The notes: a model not told the origin generated them from the sequence alone. 64,000 nt of DNA from Chiloscyllium plagiosum (GCF_004010195.1 NC_057720.1:15970902-16034901); one strand, 5' to 3'; numbered from the stretch's first letter, positions 1 to 13,449 are shown. A program made the numbers and translations.

Positions 1-112
1 ATCAACTGCTCTATGTAGCCAACAAAGAGACAGGCATAGCTGGGGCCCATACGTGTGCCCATGGCTACCCCTTTGGTCTGGAGGAAGTGGGAGGATTCAA
101 AGGAGAAATTGT
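1..112 (-). mobile_element. Penelope-like element reverse transcriptase fragment (runs off the window start)
   Basis: Reverse strand reads NFSFESSHFLQTKGVAMGTRMGPSYACLFVGYIEQL; closely similar to 15950-16060. Confidence 0.85.
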
Positions 113-2207
113 CTCGTGATTTTATCTTCGGGGTGGCATTCAGCTGGTTTAAACAGGATGTGCATTGTGTAATAATGGCGTTTCAGTTGCTAAGAGTTAT
201 CCTGGGGATGGAAGAAGTCACTTTGGGTAGCTTACAGAAAGTGAGCAAGGCAACGATTTTGGAATTGGCAGTAGATAGAAGTTGAAGTTGCCTGTGTCTG
301 CACGGAAAGGGGAGATCGTCGCAGCAATAGCTCAGTATTTACAATTGCCAGAAATGCAATCAAAATAATTGGAAATGGCTAAAATTCATTTGGAAATGAA
401 GCAGCTTGCATTAGAGGCAATGGAAAGGGAAAAAGGAAAAGAAAGAATAGCCCTGGAAGAATCAAAAGGAAACAAAAGAGAAGCAAAAGCAAAAGAGAGA
501 GAGATAATTGCAGCAGAACAAAGAGCAGAAGAATTAAAAGAGCTTGAATATGAAAAGGAACTGAAACAGTTAGACTACTGATTAAAAACAGAAGAAAGGA
601 AGAATTTTTCAACTTCTGAAGTTAAAAATGAAAGTTGAAAGTCAACTTAAAATGACAAAGGTAGAAGGCGGGAGTGGTGATGGGGACAATGATGAAGAGG
701 AGAAAGTGAGGTCTGCAGATGCTGGAGATCAGGCTTATGCCCGAAACGTCGATTCTCCTGTTCCCTGGATGCTGCCTGACCTGCTGCGCTTTTCCAACAA
801 CACATTTTCAGCTCAACAATGATGAAGAGCAAACCCATCGTAATCAAAAGCCTGGTTGGGATCTGTTTAAATATGTCCAAGTGTTACCAAAGTTTGGTGA
901 GAAGGATGTGGAAGTCTTATTCACTTCATTTGAGAAAGTGGCTAAATAAATAAAATGGTTGGAGATCATGTAGGTATAGTTATTCAAACAAAGTTGATCG
1001 GTAGGGCTGGCGAGGTATTTGCATCATTATCAGAGGAAGTATCTGGGGTGGATGAGGAGGTAAAAACAAACCATGTTAAGTGCATATAAACTTGTGCCAG
1101 AAGCCAATGCTTTAGGAATGAAAGGAGGGGATCTGGTCAAACATACACAGAGTTTGAAAAGATCAAACAAAGTAATTTTCGGTGGTGGATAAGGCCATTG
1201 AAAATACATCAGACATATGACTTCCTTAGAGGATCTGTTATTTTGGAGGTGATCAAAAATTCATTTCTTGAAGTAGTGAAAGCTCATGTGGAAAAGCAGA
1301 GATTAGCAGCTGAAATGGCAGATGATTATGAGCTAGTTCATAAATCAAAGTTCGGCTTCCAACATCAATATCAATCCGTGAGGAATCCTCAGGTAGTAAA
1401 GGAAAAGGAGATCTCATTGAAGATAGTAAAGATAGTTTATCACAGCTCAAAAAAGAAACCCATGAGGGGGGAAGGGAAGTAAAAAAAAGCTCAGGTGTTT
1501 TCACTGTAATAAAATAGGACACATGAAGTCACAGCGTTGGTTGTTTAAGAAAAGCACAGATGTAATAAAGCAGGCTAAGCCAGTGGGGTTTACTAAAGTG
1601 GTAAAGGAGATCCCAGTGGAAGCTAGACAGCTGCAAAGTAACATATAGCCTGGTCAGGGGTTGGTTAATAAGAGAGTACCAGACCTTTTTAAAGAATTCA
1701 TCTGTGTGGGTACAGTTTACTCATCTGTACCAGGGGAAGGAGGTAAAGAAATTAAAATTTTAAGAGATACAGCACCAAATCAATCTTCGACGATGAGAGA
1801 TGAGGAGCTATGTACTTTGGAAGGAGTATTACCAGTAAAGTTGTTAGTATGTGGAATTCATCATGAGAAGAGTAAAGTCCCATAATATAAAGTGAGGTTG
1901 GACAGTCTGATGAAAAGTGGTGAAGTGGTGGTAGGAGTTTGAGGGAAATTCTCTGTTCCAGGGATACAGTTTATCCTGGGGAATGATACAGCTGCATCAC
2001 AGGTGGGAGCGATGCCTACCCATGGTTGAAAGGCCAGTGGAAAATCAGGCAATTGAGATGTTACAGAAAATATACCCCCGGATTTTTCCTGACAGTGTGG
2101 TAACAAGATCACAAAGCCACACGTTGAAACAGGAGGACAAATCAAAGATTAAAGGAAGTTGAAGTTCAATTCTCAGAAACTATGTTTGATCAAATGGCCG
2201 AGAAAAC
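113..2207 (+). mobile_element. Decayed Gmr1-like Ty3/Gypsy gag-protease fragment, no LTR seen
   Basis: Coiled-coil gag, LPKFGEKDVEVLFTSFEKVA, CCHC remnant near 1500 (FHCNKIGH), protease ILRDTA near 1760; colinear with 18383-20100; many stops and frameshifts. Confidence 0.85.
700..815 (+). mobile_element. Short rearranged PLE-end insertion in gag (inverted tail plus 5'-truncated hammerhead unit)
   Basis: 14-bp TSD ACAATGATGAAGAG at 686-699 and 816-829; matches the repeat family at 29851 and 42526. Confidence 0.85.
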
Positions 2208-2479
2208 CCCCCTCCCCAAGAAGTATCATTCCTGTCTTCACTCTTTAACTTCTTACTCAATTGACAAGGTTACAAACATTTCCATGTTCTGTACATTCAC
2301 CAGATGTGATTATCTTCGTCTCTCCCCGAGACACAGACACAGGCTAACTTATTGACTTTTCTCAAACATCTCAAACAAAAACAAACGTATGACTTTTTTC
2401 CATGTTACTTTGACAACTTTAAAGTTGCAAAGCAGAATATCTGTTACATGGATAATTTCTGCTGAACTGAGCCTGGCAA

Positions 2480-3530
2480 GGAAAGCAAACACAAATTTAT
2501 TAAGGGAAAATCACGTTTAACTAGTTTGATTGAGGTTTTTTTTGGTAAATGAAGGATTGATGTGATTATATGAAATTCCAAAAAAATGTTTGATAAAATA
2601 CCATAACAGGCATCAGCAAGTCCTTGGAATAACATGGCAATAGCAATTTGAAGTTGATATTGATCAAGTCACTGAAGCCAAGTGACCAGAAATAGACAGT
2701 AGTGGTGGGCAGTGATTGACTTCAGGAGTATGTATACAAGTTGACAGAATGAGTGGACAAGTGGCCTAATGCAGAAAATATGAAGTGATAGATTTTGATA
2801 GGAAGAATGAGGAGGGACAATGTAGATTAAGGTATAATATTCTAAAAGAGTTACAGGAACTGGTGGAGTTGAGACATCATTGACATTAACAAGGGAGGTT
2901 GGGAATGCAGTTAACCAAGTGTATTGGATCCTGGGCTTCATAAATAGAATAGAGATTACATGAGTCTTTATAAAACATTGTTTCACTTTCAACAAGAGTA
3001 CTCCATCCAATTCTATATACCACACTTTAGGAAGGATATGAAGGCATTGGAGGGTGTGCAGAAGTGCTTTGAAAGAATGGTTCAAGAAATGAGGGAGTTC
3101 AGATACACGAATGGATTGGCTAAGTTGAGGCTGATCTCCTTGGAGAAGTGAGGCTCAAGAGCAGGTTGACAGGGGCCATATAAAATCATGAGAAACATGG
3201 ACAGAGTGGATAGAGAGAAGCTGTATGATTAGTGCAAGGGTTCAGAAACATGAGGACACTGATTTAAGGTGAATGGCGAAAAAACAAAAGCCAGCATGAG
3301 AAATAAAATTTTTACACAGTGAGTGATTAAGATCGACCTGAGAGTGTAGTGGAGGCAGATTCTGTTACATCTTTCAAAAAGAGATTGGATAATGACATCT
3401 TTTGAAACAAAGTGCAGGACAATGAGGAAAATGCAGGGGAGTTGGATTTGCTGAGCTACACTTACAAAGCAAACGTGAGCACATTCTGTTGAATGGCCTC
3501 CTTCTTTCCTACAGCTGTTCTGTAATTCTA
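2480..3530 (+). mobile_element. Old CR1 LINE RT and 3' fragment
   Basis: Degenerate KGKSRLT / FDKIP motifs, LYKTL...YSIQF...ALEGVQK, CR1-type 3' end. Confidence 0.75.
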
Positions 3531-4354
3531 TGATCCTATAATAATGATGCATTTACAAATTGCCTTGATTGAGAAAATATCTGAGGATTCTTCACATAGG
3601 AGGAGCAGACACAAAGAAATAAAGGCAGAGTCTAAACCAATTAGCAAAAGTATATGGGTGAAAAGATCTCAAGGTGACCTTTTATGCTAGAGAGGAAATA
3701 GCAATCTGGGACTCTAGGGAATGAAGCTCAGAGTCTGCGGTCAATGTGACTGAAGGTTTCTCTATCTGTGGTAAAGTGAAGGAGGGGTAAAGCTTGAGAT
3801 AAAACAAAGGTTAGACTCTGAGGATTGGGTCAAATTTGGTAAGGTAGCTGAATTAGAATATGGCAAGACTATGGACAAAGCCAGGGAAATAGCTTTGAGG
3901 TTATGTATTTGTGGGCAGTAGAGTTTGAGATGTGTGGAGCTCAGAAGTTGGCAGGGGATGTTCTAAAACATTTGCACGTAGAGATAGTGCAAGTCTGTCC
4001 TAATGTGAGTCTGTAAAAATTTAAGGGACAGAGACAGAAGTAAGGTGTTGCTGAAAGTGGGAAGTGTTATAGAAATGGAGACATATTGTAGGATGGGAAG
4101 AAGTTAGCTTTAGTTTGAACAATATGCCAACTGAGGCCTAGGAATCAGATTATCTCTCCAAAACAGGAATGTAGAGACACACTTGCAACAAACATCTTCA
4201 TTACATTAAAACAGAGGGCAAAAGTCTATAATTGCAAATTAGATTTTCTGCTTATATCATCTGTTGGGGAAAAGGCAGGTCAGTAGCATATCAGTAAGTA
4301 GTTGGTAAAAACCAGTAGCCTGTGAGGAACGTTTCAGGATTGACGAAACCTTGA

Positions 4355-4487
4355 TTCCTGCTGAAGGGCTTTTGCCCGAAACGTCCATTTTCCTGTTCCT
4401 TGGATGGTGCCTGACCTGCTGTACCTTTCCAGCACCACTCTAATCTTGACTCTGATCTCCAGCATCTGCAGTAACTACTTTCACCTA
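4355..4487 (+). mobile_element. Short PLE-end insertion with mutated hammerhead core (CTGCTGA)
   Basis: 9-bp TSD AAACCTTGA at 4346-4354 and 4488-4496; GGGC-TTTT-GCCC-GAAACGTC motif. Confidence 0.85.
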
Positions 4488-5773
4488 AAACCTTGAGAAC
4501 CTTAGGTAAAACTGTCCTGGTTAGTTACGCAGGGTTGGAAAGAGGGCAGCACATGGTCATCACCATGATTTATTCCATGTAGGCTTAACGAATAAGTCAG
4601 GTTATGCTAAATTAAACTCTGGTTCAGTTACTGACTTTTTCCATCCATGTTAATTTAGTTGATGTGAAGAGGCTGATTTTATGGCTATCTGTTACTGGTG
4701 GAATGTTTGCTTACCAGCCGCACAGTTTGGAAAAATTGCAGACACATTGTCTATGATTTGACATTCATTAATTTTAATGAACTGCACAGCATTCAACAAT
4801 ATGCTTGGCCAGCAGGCAAGAACTTACTGCTGGTAGAATAGACTTGTAATCCCTTGGCTTTCTTAACTTTGAGAGACAAGTGGGGATAATGTTGTACCTC
4901 CATTGCGTATCCCTGAGCTGTAACCGGAGTTATCTTGCGGTTGAATACATGCTCCAATTCTCCCAAATAATAATCTGATTCTGTAACTCGGTGAATCAGA
5001 TCCAAGATTTTTTTCCCAGAAGAGGATGAGCCAGGCACAGGTTCAAATAAATGTGGAGGAGCAATTGTGTGGAAAATGTTCCCATGCCTCAATGAATACA
5101 ATGCACCATGAAATGTGTGTGACATTTTTAATTGTGTTTCTACAATTTTATAACAGGAACACCTGAGGAGTGGTGTTCCAGATTCCTACTTCCTTCATCA
5201 GTATTTGGGCTCTGATGATGTTAAGGCCAATATTCTCACAATGAATTCAGCCTTGTCTCAGTGGGAACATTCTGGCCTCGAGGTTAGATGTATTAAGGAT
5301 CCAATTCCACCCCAGAATAGTTAGATCAAGCAAACATCCTCAATTGTTACTTCAATACAGTACTGTCTGAGGGTGTAACCTTTCAGATGACATTCTAAAC
5401 TTAAGTCCTCCCTTCCTTCCAAGAACTCACAGAAAGGGGGTTGGCGCAGGCAGTGCTCAGGCAGCATTCGTGGAGAGAAATGGTTAATGGTCTTTATTGA
5501 TGAGCTGATCTGCAAACCTGAACAAGGAAGAAAGTCAGCTGGAAGATCAGATTTTCATTCTGGGATGGTGGGGTTCCCTGAGGTCCTGGTTTCAGAGCAG
5601 ACACTGCTGGGTGCAGAGCCAGGCTGTGTGATAAGACTTCCTCTGTGCACTGGTACTGTGTTGAAGTTTACCAACAAAAGAATTAAGCTGTCACCCTTCG
5701 CATCCCTTATTCACCTCATGTACTTTCCATGCCCCATTCAAGCTAACTCATGTCAACCCTTATTTTCTCAAGA

Positions 5774-6390
5774 TTAGTGTGGTGCTAGAAAAGCACAGCA
5801 GGTCAGACAGCATCTGAGGAGCAGGAAAATCAACGTTTCGGGCAAAAGCCCTTCATCACGAATGAGGCTGGGAGCCTCAGGGGTGGAGAGATAAATGGGA
5901 GGGGGGTAGGGTTGGGGGGGAAGGTAGCTGAGAGTGCAATAGATGGATGGAGGTGCGGATAGGTCGGAGAGGAGGGTGGAGCAGATAGCTGGGAAGGAAG
6001 ATTGACAGATGGGACAGGTCATGAGGATAGTGCTGAGCTGGAAGGTTGGAAGTGGAGTAAGGTGGGGTTAGGGGAAATAATGAAACTGGGGAAATCCACA
6101 TTGATGCCATGGGGTTGGAGGGTCCTGAGGCAGAAGATGACTCATTCTTCCTCCAGGTGTCGGGTTGTAAGGGAGTGGCATTGGAGGAGGCCCAGGGCCT
6201 GCATGTCCTCGGCAGAGTGGGAGGGGGAGTTGAAGTGTTCGGCCACGGAGCGGTGGGGTTGATCGGTGCGGATGTCCCGGAGGTGTTCTCTGAAGCGCTC
6301 TGCAAATAGGTGTCCTGTATCCCCAATGTAGAGGAGACCGCATCAGGAGCAACGGATGCAGTAAATGACATGCGTGGAAGTGCAAGTTAA
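5774..6390 (-). mobile_element. Penelope-like element 3' end: GIY-YIG endonuclease relic, 3' UTR and hammerhead-bearing terminus
   Basis: Reverse strand reads VIYCIRCS*CGLLYIGDTGHLFAERFREHL (VIY 6361-6369, YIG 6322-6330); degenerate hammerhead at about 5830-5860. Confidence 0.9.
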
Positions 6391-8489
6391 ACTATGATGT
6401 ATGGAGCAGAGGATCTGGAGGTGGAACCGTTGTTGGAGGCATTGAATTTGTAGTCTGTACTGGTTGTCCTGTTCGGATGCAAACTGTGTTGGTCTGAATG
6501 TGGTTTGGCATTCATGTGGGATCAGTTGGTTCCATAACTCTTATTTCCTGTCAGCCTCCATGACTCATCATGCCTCAAACCAAGCTCTGATACATTACTC
6601 TCCAACAGCTCTCATACTCTCCATAAAAATCTGAGTCTCTCCACCCACTCCCCCATGGCCATTTATATCCATTGTGTCAACTTGCTACCTACACATGTCA
6701 AACAATGCCCCTCATCCATCACCCTTTGCTCTTTAACTGTACAGCTGCTATGTCAACTTACCCATCACCCATTAGACATCAGGCCCCTTGCAGAGATGAG
6801 ATGCAACAAATTTCTCTAAATAAAATTTTAAATGTGAATTGCAGACTTCACAATAGTGACAAAAGTCTCTAATTTATAAAAATATCTACCACATTTACAT
6901 TATTTCAATTAAATAATATATTGTAACAACAAACATTTCATTTATGAGAGCAGTCCCTTATAACAACAGGCACTGGAATTCATTCTTAGTCCCATTTTAA
7001 AAAGATTCTAACCATTTGTAGCTGTCAATCAAACAGTGAAATGGAAGGCATCCTGCTGTGATATTGAATGGTTGTAAAATCAGTCAAGCAGCAGTGATAT
7101 AAACTTTCAGGGTTATTATCAATAGGTAGAAAAGCTCGTCGTGAAACTTTTAAAAATGCTTAAATTTTAGAGGTTAGGACTTTAAAACATCTTGGCAACT
7201 TGACATATCCTGTTGACAAGCTCTTGACACCTCTGACACCTCTCTTGACAAGTGCATTGATAAGGTCCTGTTGTCACTTTTGACTGGCTCCCAATGACAC
7301 TTCCCTCTGATGGTGCTTTGGAAAAGGTCTCTGGACACTTTTGACACATGCAGTTGACAGCTCCCTTTCAGAGGTTCTCTTAGCAAAGGCTTGTGAGAGT
7401 TTGACAATTGGCTTTGAAGTGTCTGTTGAGAGTTCCAATGAGCTTGACAGCAATGGGTTGTTGAGCTTTTTCTGCACATTCATGTCTACTTTTACCAATT
7501 CCAAATGGCACCTTACCTCCCCCAAGGGACATCTGACCCTAAAAGTGTCTAGGGACCACATCTGCTGATAAGCTGACCTCACTAAAGGGATAACCTGGTC
7601 ATCCAAATGAATCTATAAAGTTCAGGCTTGTTATCTACCAGAATTCCACTTCATTGGAGGTTGCTGATGAGTTAACTGGCTCTGCAAAAATGATAAGAGC
7701 TATTTTCAGGAAGGGTGCTTATGATTGTCTGGAAGTTCTATTATTTCCACCACTAGCAGACGGGTTTTCTAATATGGCAAAAATCTGGGTAAATGACCTA
7801 CCCTCAGAACTGGCGAATATTCATCAAAAAAGTTAACCCGTGGTTCTTTCCAAAGATGTTGCCTGGCCTGCTGAGCTTTTTGAGCATATTTTGACCTTAC
7901 TTCAGATTTACAGCTTCCCATAGTATTTTGCTTTTTCTTAGGCAAAATACCCTTAACAACCACTGGGCTCATATATCTTGTTTATTCAGGCACTGCTTTT
8001 GGGCTCTGTATTTTACCATGTTCCGACTGTAGTTATAGTTAAGTGTAGTCCACACAGGCTGTGAAAAATTTGAGATGAGAAGCACTATTTAAAAACAAAT
8101 CGTTTCATAAATCAATATTATTAAGAGCATCAATCATTAGCATGATATCGCTGCTGAAGATAGCCTTACAGAATCTGAAACCCCTGGGTGGTGGGTACTG
8201 TGCCACTAGTTGTTTTCAGTCTGCTCCATCTTGAGAAGGGTATGTTTGCACAGGGATGCCCTGTGAGGATGGGTAGCAATTTAATCATGACACCCCATCC
8301 TGTACCAACTTGTGCAATGCCCGTTTTTCAAACTTTGACCACACAGGTCCATTGATGGACTTTCCATGTTACTCAACAAAGGACAAGTGTTTATCTGCAA
8401 TATGGACCTGGTGAACAGAAGCTGGCAGTTAACAAGTTTCAGATGAGATGCTTTCAACTTTTCACTTTTAGAATGGAGAAGATATCCCC

Positions 8490-8763
8490 ACCAGTAGGAG
8501 AGACCAGGACCCAAGGTCACAGTCTCAGAGTGAAGGGGTGGCCCTTGAGAATTGTGATGAGGAGGAATTATTTCAACCAGAGGCTGATGAATCAATGGAA
8601 CTCACTGTCACTGAGGGCTATGGAGGCCAAGTCATTGTTTGTATTTAATACAGAGGTAGATAGGTTCTTGATAGGTAAAGGGATCAAAGGTTATGCAGGT
8701 AAGCAAGAGAATGAGTCTCATCAGCCATGATTGAATGGTCTAATTCTGCTCCTATATCATATG
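8490..8763 (+). mobile_element. CR1 LINE 3' fragment
   Basis: TRTQGHSLRVKG...RNYFNQRLMNQWNSL...VDRFL in ORF 8443-8730. Confidence 0.8.
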
Positions 8764-8985
8764 TTGAAAATGTCATGCTGGAAAAACACAGCAGGCCAGG
8801 CAGCATCCGAGGTGCAGGAGAATCGACGTTTCGGGCATAAGTCCTTCTTCAGGAAGGGCTTCCTGAAGAAGGGCTTATTCCCGAAACGTCGATTCTCCTG
8901 CTCCTCGGATGCTGCTTGGCCTGCTGTGTTTTTCCAGCACAACATTGTTCAACTCTGGTACTCCAGCATCTGCAGTCCTCACTTT
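8764..8985. mobile_element. Head-to-head inverted PLE-end/hammerhead dimer
   Basis: Arms about 8763-8856 and 8859-8953; flanking repeat CTCCTATATCATATG (8749-8763) / CTCCTATATTGTATG (8986-9000), 13/15 identical. Confidence 0.9.
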
Positions 8986-9429
8986 CTCCTATATTGTATG
9001 GTCTAACTCACGTCTGCTTAGGCTGAGTAAGACAAAGGAATGGGACAATGTGTTAGGAGTAGGTTTTACAGAGGAGCTGCTTACTGTCAGCAAGAGATAA
9101 GGACTCCAGGCCCGAGCCTGGAGGCTGTGATGGCAAAGCTTCTTGGTCCGGCTCACCTGAAGACAGGTGGGAGATCTGCAAAGGGAGACAGCAATGAGAC
9201 TCTGCTCTACTGGTCCTATCCACGGGCCCAACCATCCCTCAACCCGATGGGCTGCCTTACCACAGGGCGATCCAGATAGTCCCGACAGTGGCCTCAACAC
9301 CACTCCCAATTTTGACACCTCCAAATCCTTCCAGGAAGGAGTTTAAGGTATTGGTAAAATTTCAATAAAAGAAGCAGGATACCTATTATCTTGGAAAGTC
9401 GTGGAGTCTTTTTAAAATTTCCTCATTGA

Positions 9430-9725
9430 TTTGGGCAACACTGGTTAGGGTGGCGTTTATTGGCTATCTCTGCTTGTAGGAAAGCAGGTAAGAATCAAAC
9501 ACAGCGCTGTGGGTCTGCAGTCACATGCAGGTCAGATCAGGTAAGGATGACAGAATTCCTTCCCTAGAGAACATTAGTCTACCAGATGGGTTTTTACTAC
9601 AGTTCACTGTGGTTACCATAAGGCCAGCCTATACTGTATTTTGTCTGCCATAGTGGGATTCTAACATACGTTCCCAGAACATTAGTCTCAGATTCTGGAT
9701 TATTAGGCCATTAATATTACCACTT
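9430..9725 (-). mobile_element. Degenerate tRNA-derived SINE (family also at 38400-38700 and 61560-62280)
   Basis: Shared blocks (GGTAAGGATGAC..., ACATTAGT..ACCAGATGGG, GGGATT..AAC...CCCAGAACATTA...CTGGATTA) with the other copies. Confidence 0.6.
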
Positions 9726-9729
9726 CATG

Positions 9730-10195
9730 TTGCACTTGAAAGAGCGCAGAAAAGATTTACAAGGATAATGCTGGGGGGGTTTGAGCTATAGGGAGAGGCT
9801 GAATAGACTGAGGCTGGAGCGTCAGAGGCTGTGGGGTGATCTTATAGAGGTTTATAAAATCATGAGGGGCAGGTATAGGGTAAATAGACAAAGTATTTTC
9901 CTGGGGTGGGGGATCCCATTTAAGATGAGCGGGAAAGATTTAAAAGGGACCAAAAGGGAAACTTTTTTCACGTAGAGGGTAGTGTGTGTATGCAATGAGT
10001 TGCCAGACGAAGTGGTGGAGGCTGGTACAGTTACAACATTTAAAAAGCATCTGGATGGGTACATGAATAGGAAGAGTTTAGAGGGATATGGGCCAAGTGC
10101 TGGCAAATGGGACTAGATTAATGTAGGATATCTGGTCAGCAGAGATGAGTTGGACCGAAGGGTCTGTTTCTGTGCTATATGACTCTATGTCACTA
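9730..10195 (+). mobile_element. CR1 LINE 3' fragment
   Basis: SYRERLNRL...GDLIEVYKIMRG; tail GAAGGGTCTGTTTC...GACTCTATG. Confidence 0.85.
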
Positions 10196-10289
10196 TGATT
10201 CAAAGTCCTCATGGATAGGCAAGGATTGGTTGGATTTGTTGGACTGCTCTACAGTGAACTAGTCTGATCTTGATGGGCCAAATGGTCAA

Positions 10290-11125
10290 CAAATGCTGGA
10301 ATGAGGCCATGTCATGGAGGTCATCTGCCCCAGGAGGAGGCAGTCCATTTTCCCTTTTCTGAGAAGGGACAAGCAGGATGAGGTGCCATGTGGCTTTGTC
10401 AGGATACCAGGATTCCCAATGGTGTGGGATGTGCACTGATTCCACACAGGTGGATGTGCAACAAATAAAAAAGGGATTGGCAACCACAAGGACATCTATT
10501 TCATACTTTTAGCAATTAGGGCATGATTCTGCCAAGTTCATCTCTCACCCTTCAATTTAAAGCTGTGTCCCCTCAGTCTAGCCATCACCATCCGAGGAGA
10601 AAGGCTCTCACTGTCCACCCTACCTCATCCTCCGATTATCTTGTATGCCTCTACAAATTCACCTATTAACCTTCTTCTCTCCAATGAAAACAGCCTCAAG
10701 TCCCTCAGCCTTTCCTCATAAGACCTTCCCTCTATACCAGGTAACATCCTGGTAAATCTCATCTGCGCCCTTTACAATTCTTCCACATCCCTCCTACAAT
10801 CTCACGAATGTCCTCTCTCCTGGCAGCAATTATAATGCAGTTGTCCTGCAGCAATGGGCCCTCCTAGAGTACCAAAGGGTGACAGTTCAGGTACAAGGGT
10901 TACCCCATTTGTATTGGATAATGACTGCCAATTCTCCCGTACTCTGCTATCAAATGAAGGAGAAAAGTGAGCCCCGATCCAGAATATAGTCCAGTAGGCA
11001 ACCTGCCTCCTGTAAATAATGAGTCCAATGCCTTGGATCCTCAGCAAGAACCTTATAGCATAGAGCAGGTCCCAAAGTTCCTGAGCATCTGCTGCACCCT
11101 CCACAATGTTACCATCTTAGAGATC
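10290..11125 (+). pseudogene. PIF/Harbinger DDE transposase relic, interrupted by a CR1 fragment
   Basis: Ordered degenerate motifs GFVRIPGFP (10392-10418), DSTQV (10438), PGS (10819), KGYP (10895-10906), WIMT, CCTLHN (11090-11107). Confidence 0.7.
10537..10800 (-). mobile_element. CR1 LINE internal fragment
   Basis: Similar to 11390-11640 and 22450-22700. Confidence 0.8.
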
Positions 11126-11146
11126 CAGGAATCCAAAGGCCGAGGT

Positions 11147-11997
11147 ATAGAACATAGAACATGCAGTATAGAACTTTACAGCACAGTACAGGCCCTTTGG
11201 CCCTTGATGTTGCGTCGACCTGTGAAACCAATCTAACCTACACTATTCCATTCTCATCCATATGTCTATCCAATGACCATTTAAATGCCCTTAAAGTTGA
11301 CGAGTCTACTACTGTTGCAGATAGGGCATTCCACACCCTTACTACTGTCTGAGGAAAGAAACTACCTCTGACATCTGTCCTATATCTATCACCCCTCAAC
11401 TTAACGCTATGTCCCCTAATTCTAGCCATCACCATCCAAGAAAAAAGGGTCTTACTGTCCACCCTATCTCATCCTGTGATCATCTTGTATAACTCTACTA
11501 AATCACCTCTTAACCTTCTATTCTCCAATTAAAACAGCCTCAAGTTCCTCAGCCTTTCATCATAAGACCTTTCTTCTATACCAGGCAACATCCTGATAAA
11601 TCTCCTCTGCACCCTTTACAATTCTTCCACATCCTTTCTATATTACGGTGACCAGAACTGTGTGCAATACTCCAAGTGCGGCCACACCAGAGTTTTGTAC
11701 AGCTGCAGCATGACCTCATGACCCCGAAACTCAATCCCTCTACCAATAAAAGCTAACACACCATATGCCTTCTCAAAAATCCTATCACCTGGATGGCAAC
11801 TTTCAGGGAGTTATGCACATGGACACCAAGATTTCTTTGCTCATCCACACTACCAAGACTCTTACCATTAGCCCAGTACTCTGTATTCCTGTTACTCTTT
11901 CCAAAGTGAATCACCTCACACTTTTCTGCATTAAACTCCATTTGCCACATCTCAGCCCAGCGCTGCAGCTTATCAAAGTCCCTCTGTAACCTGCAAC
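11147..11997 (-). mobile_element. CR1 LINE 3' fragment
   Basis: WQMEFNAEKCEVIHFG; RGHSVKLRG...VVRVWNAL; (CATAGAA)n tail. Confidence 0.9.
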
Positions 11998-13449
11998 ATT
12001 TAATAAGAATATTTTCAACAAAGTAACAACAGGAATATCTGGCATATGATAATAATGCTTACATATGAAATCATAGCTGTATTGGTAAACCCTTCATAAG
12101 TTATTGATCTTTAAATCATCATTGTTGTGGTAGTGCCAGAATGGGACTGAGGAAGTTCATGCATATAAATCTTTCAATTTCTCATTCTACATTAATCCAG
12201 CACCATGAAAGCCTACACCGTCGTTTTATGATTCTTCATTAAAGAATTGTCTGGAAAGATTCCACCATAGATCCCAATAATAAACTGAAGGCAATCTGTT
12301 CACACTACAGGGCAATCATTAGTTGAGGCAGACAGAGCTAATTTTGGAACAAGCACATTAATCAGACACCTGAAGCGCTTTTTAATTCCATGGCAGTGCA
12401 CTGCATTGAAGTTGTGATAGTAATTACATGACTTGGAATGAAAGTGAGAAGTATGAATCAAACTGTGACTAGTCAAGACTTACAACAGAAATAGTGGCAG
12501 AGAAAGCCATACCAGCAGGAGTCCTGGGGACCAAAATGTCTATTTCTTTCAGAAAAAAAAATTAAGAAAATGCTAATTCTACTTGAAGAGATTGAAGAAT
12601 TGCTGACAAAGTTGCAGAAATGCATTTTTAAAAAAAATAAATATGCACTTCCTGAGAATGTAATGAAGCAGGAACAAGCAAAATCTGTGGTCTTCGCTGC
12701 TACAATAATGATGCTTTATCACTCGTCATGCAGCTAATGAGCCACTTACCAGTATAAATGTTGGTTCATGAATGCAGCCTTGGACTGTGCTGATGTACTG
12801 GAAACATTGGTTTAGTGCTGAAGCATTGGAAACTCGCCTGAGTGAACACACTGCCCTCCACCCATCAGGGAGCACCGGGATATCTTACACGGGGAAGGTT
12901 ACACAAATCCACATAGGAAATAAATCAACTAAGGAACATAAAAGCGTTACATTTGTTGAAAGTGGAAGCTGAGGAAGGATGGACAGCATGGACCAGAATG
13001 TGAAGGATAATAAAGGGCCCAGGATCTCTCGCCCATTAATAAAGCAGCCAGGATGAGCGGGAGTGGAGCCAGAGGTTTGGAGAGGATCCCATTCCACTGA
13101 CTCCTGCGCTTTCAAGAACATTGCCAGAAGTGGGAGCAGGTGCATCTCGTGTTTGCATCCCACCAGAAGAGACAGGATGATATCACCCACCGGATATTAT
13201 GCCAGTTTCGATTCAGTGCCCCAATAGCTAAATGTTACCTGCATCAATCAAGCATTGTTTACCAGACTCCCAATTCTGGTGTAGTTTCACAGGTTTGCAG
13301 AATGCCAGTCCAGAAAACTTGACCTTTCTTTAGAGACCAGTGCATACAATGGTTTTATTAATGCTGTAGAGAGATGGCTGCACAGTATTCCTCCATGTTG
13401 TTTATAAAATCCATCCACAATTTGTTTTCACTCTTTGATTGGTTGCAAG

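Noticed and set aside
4793..5125. 110-aa ORF with a possible GTAAGT donor as a host exon
   Set aside because: No recognisable protein similarity and no partner exons.
5880..6070. G-rich tract as a distinct regulatory G-quadruplex
   Set aside because: It is the ordinary purine/pyrimidine-biased PLE 3' UTR, repeated at 50190-50400 and 57920-58075.
7174..7690. Overlapping ORFs with a possible acceptor on the minus strand
   Set aside because: Frames close quickly after the acceptor; no recognisable domain.
12885..13322. ORFs in unique-looking sequence
   Set aside because: No motif or splice support.
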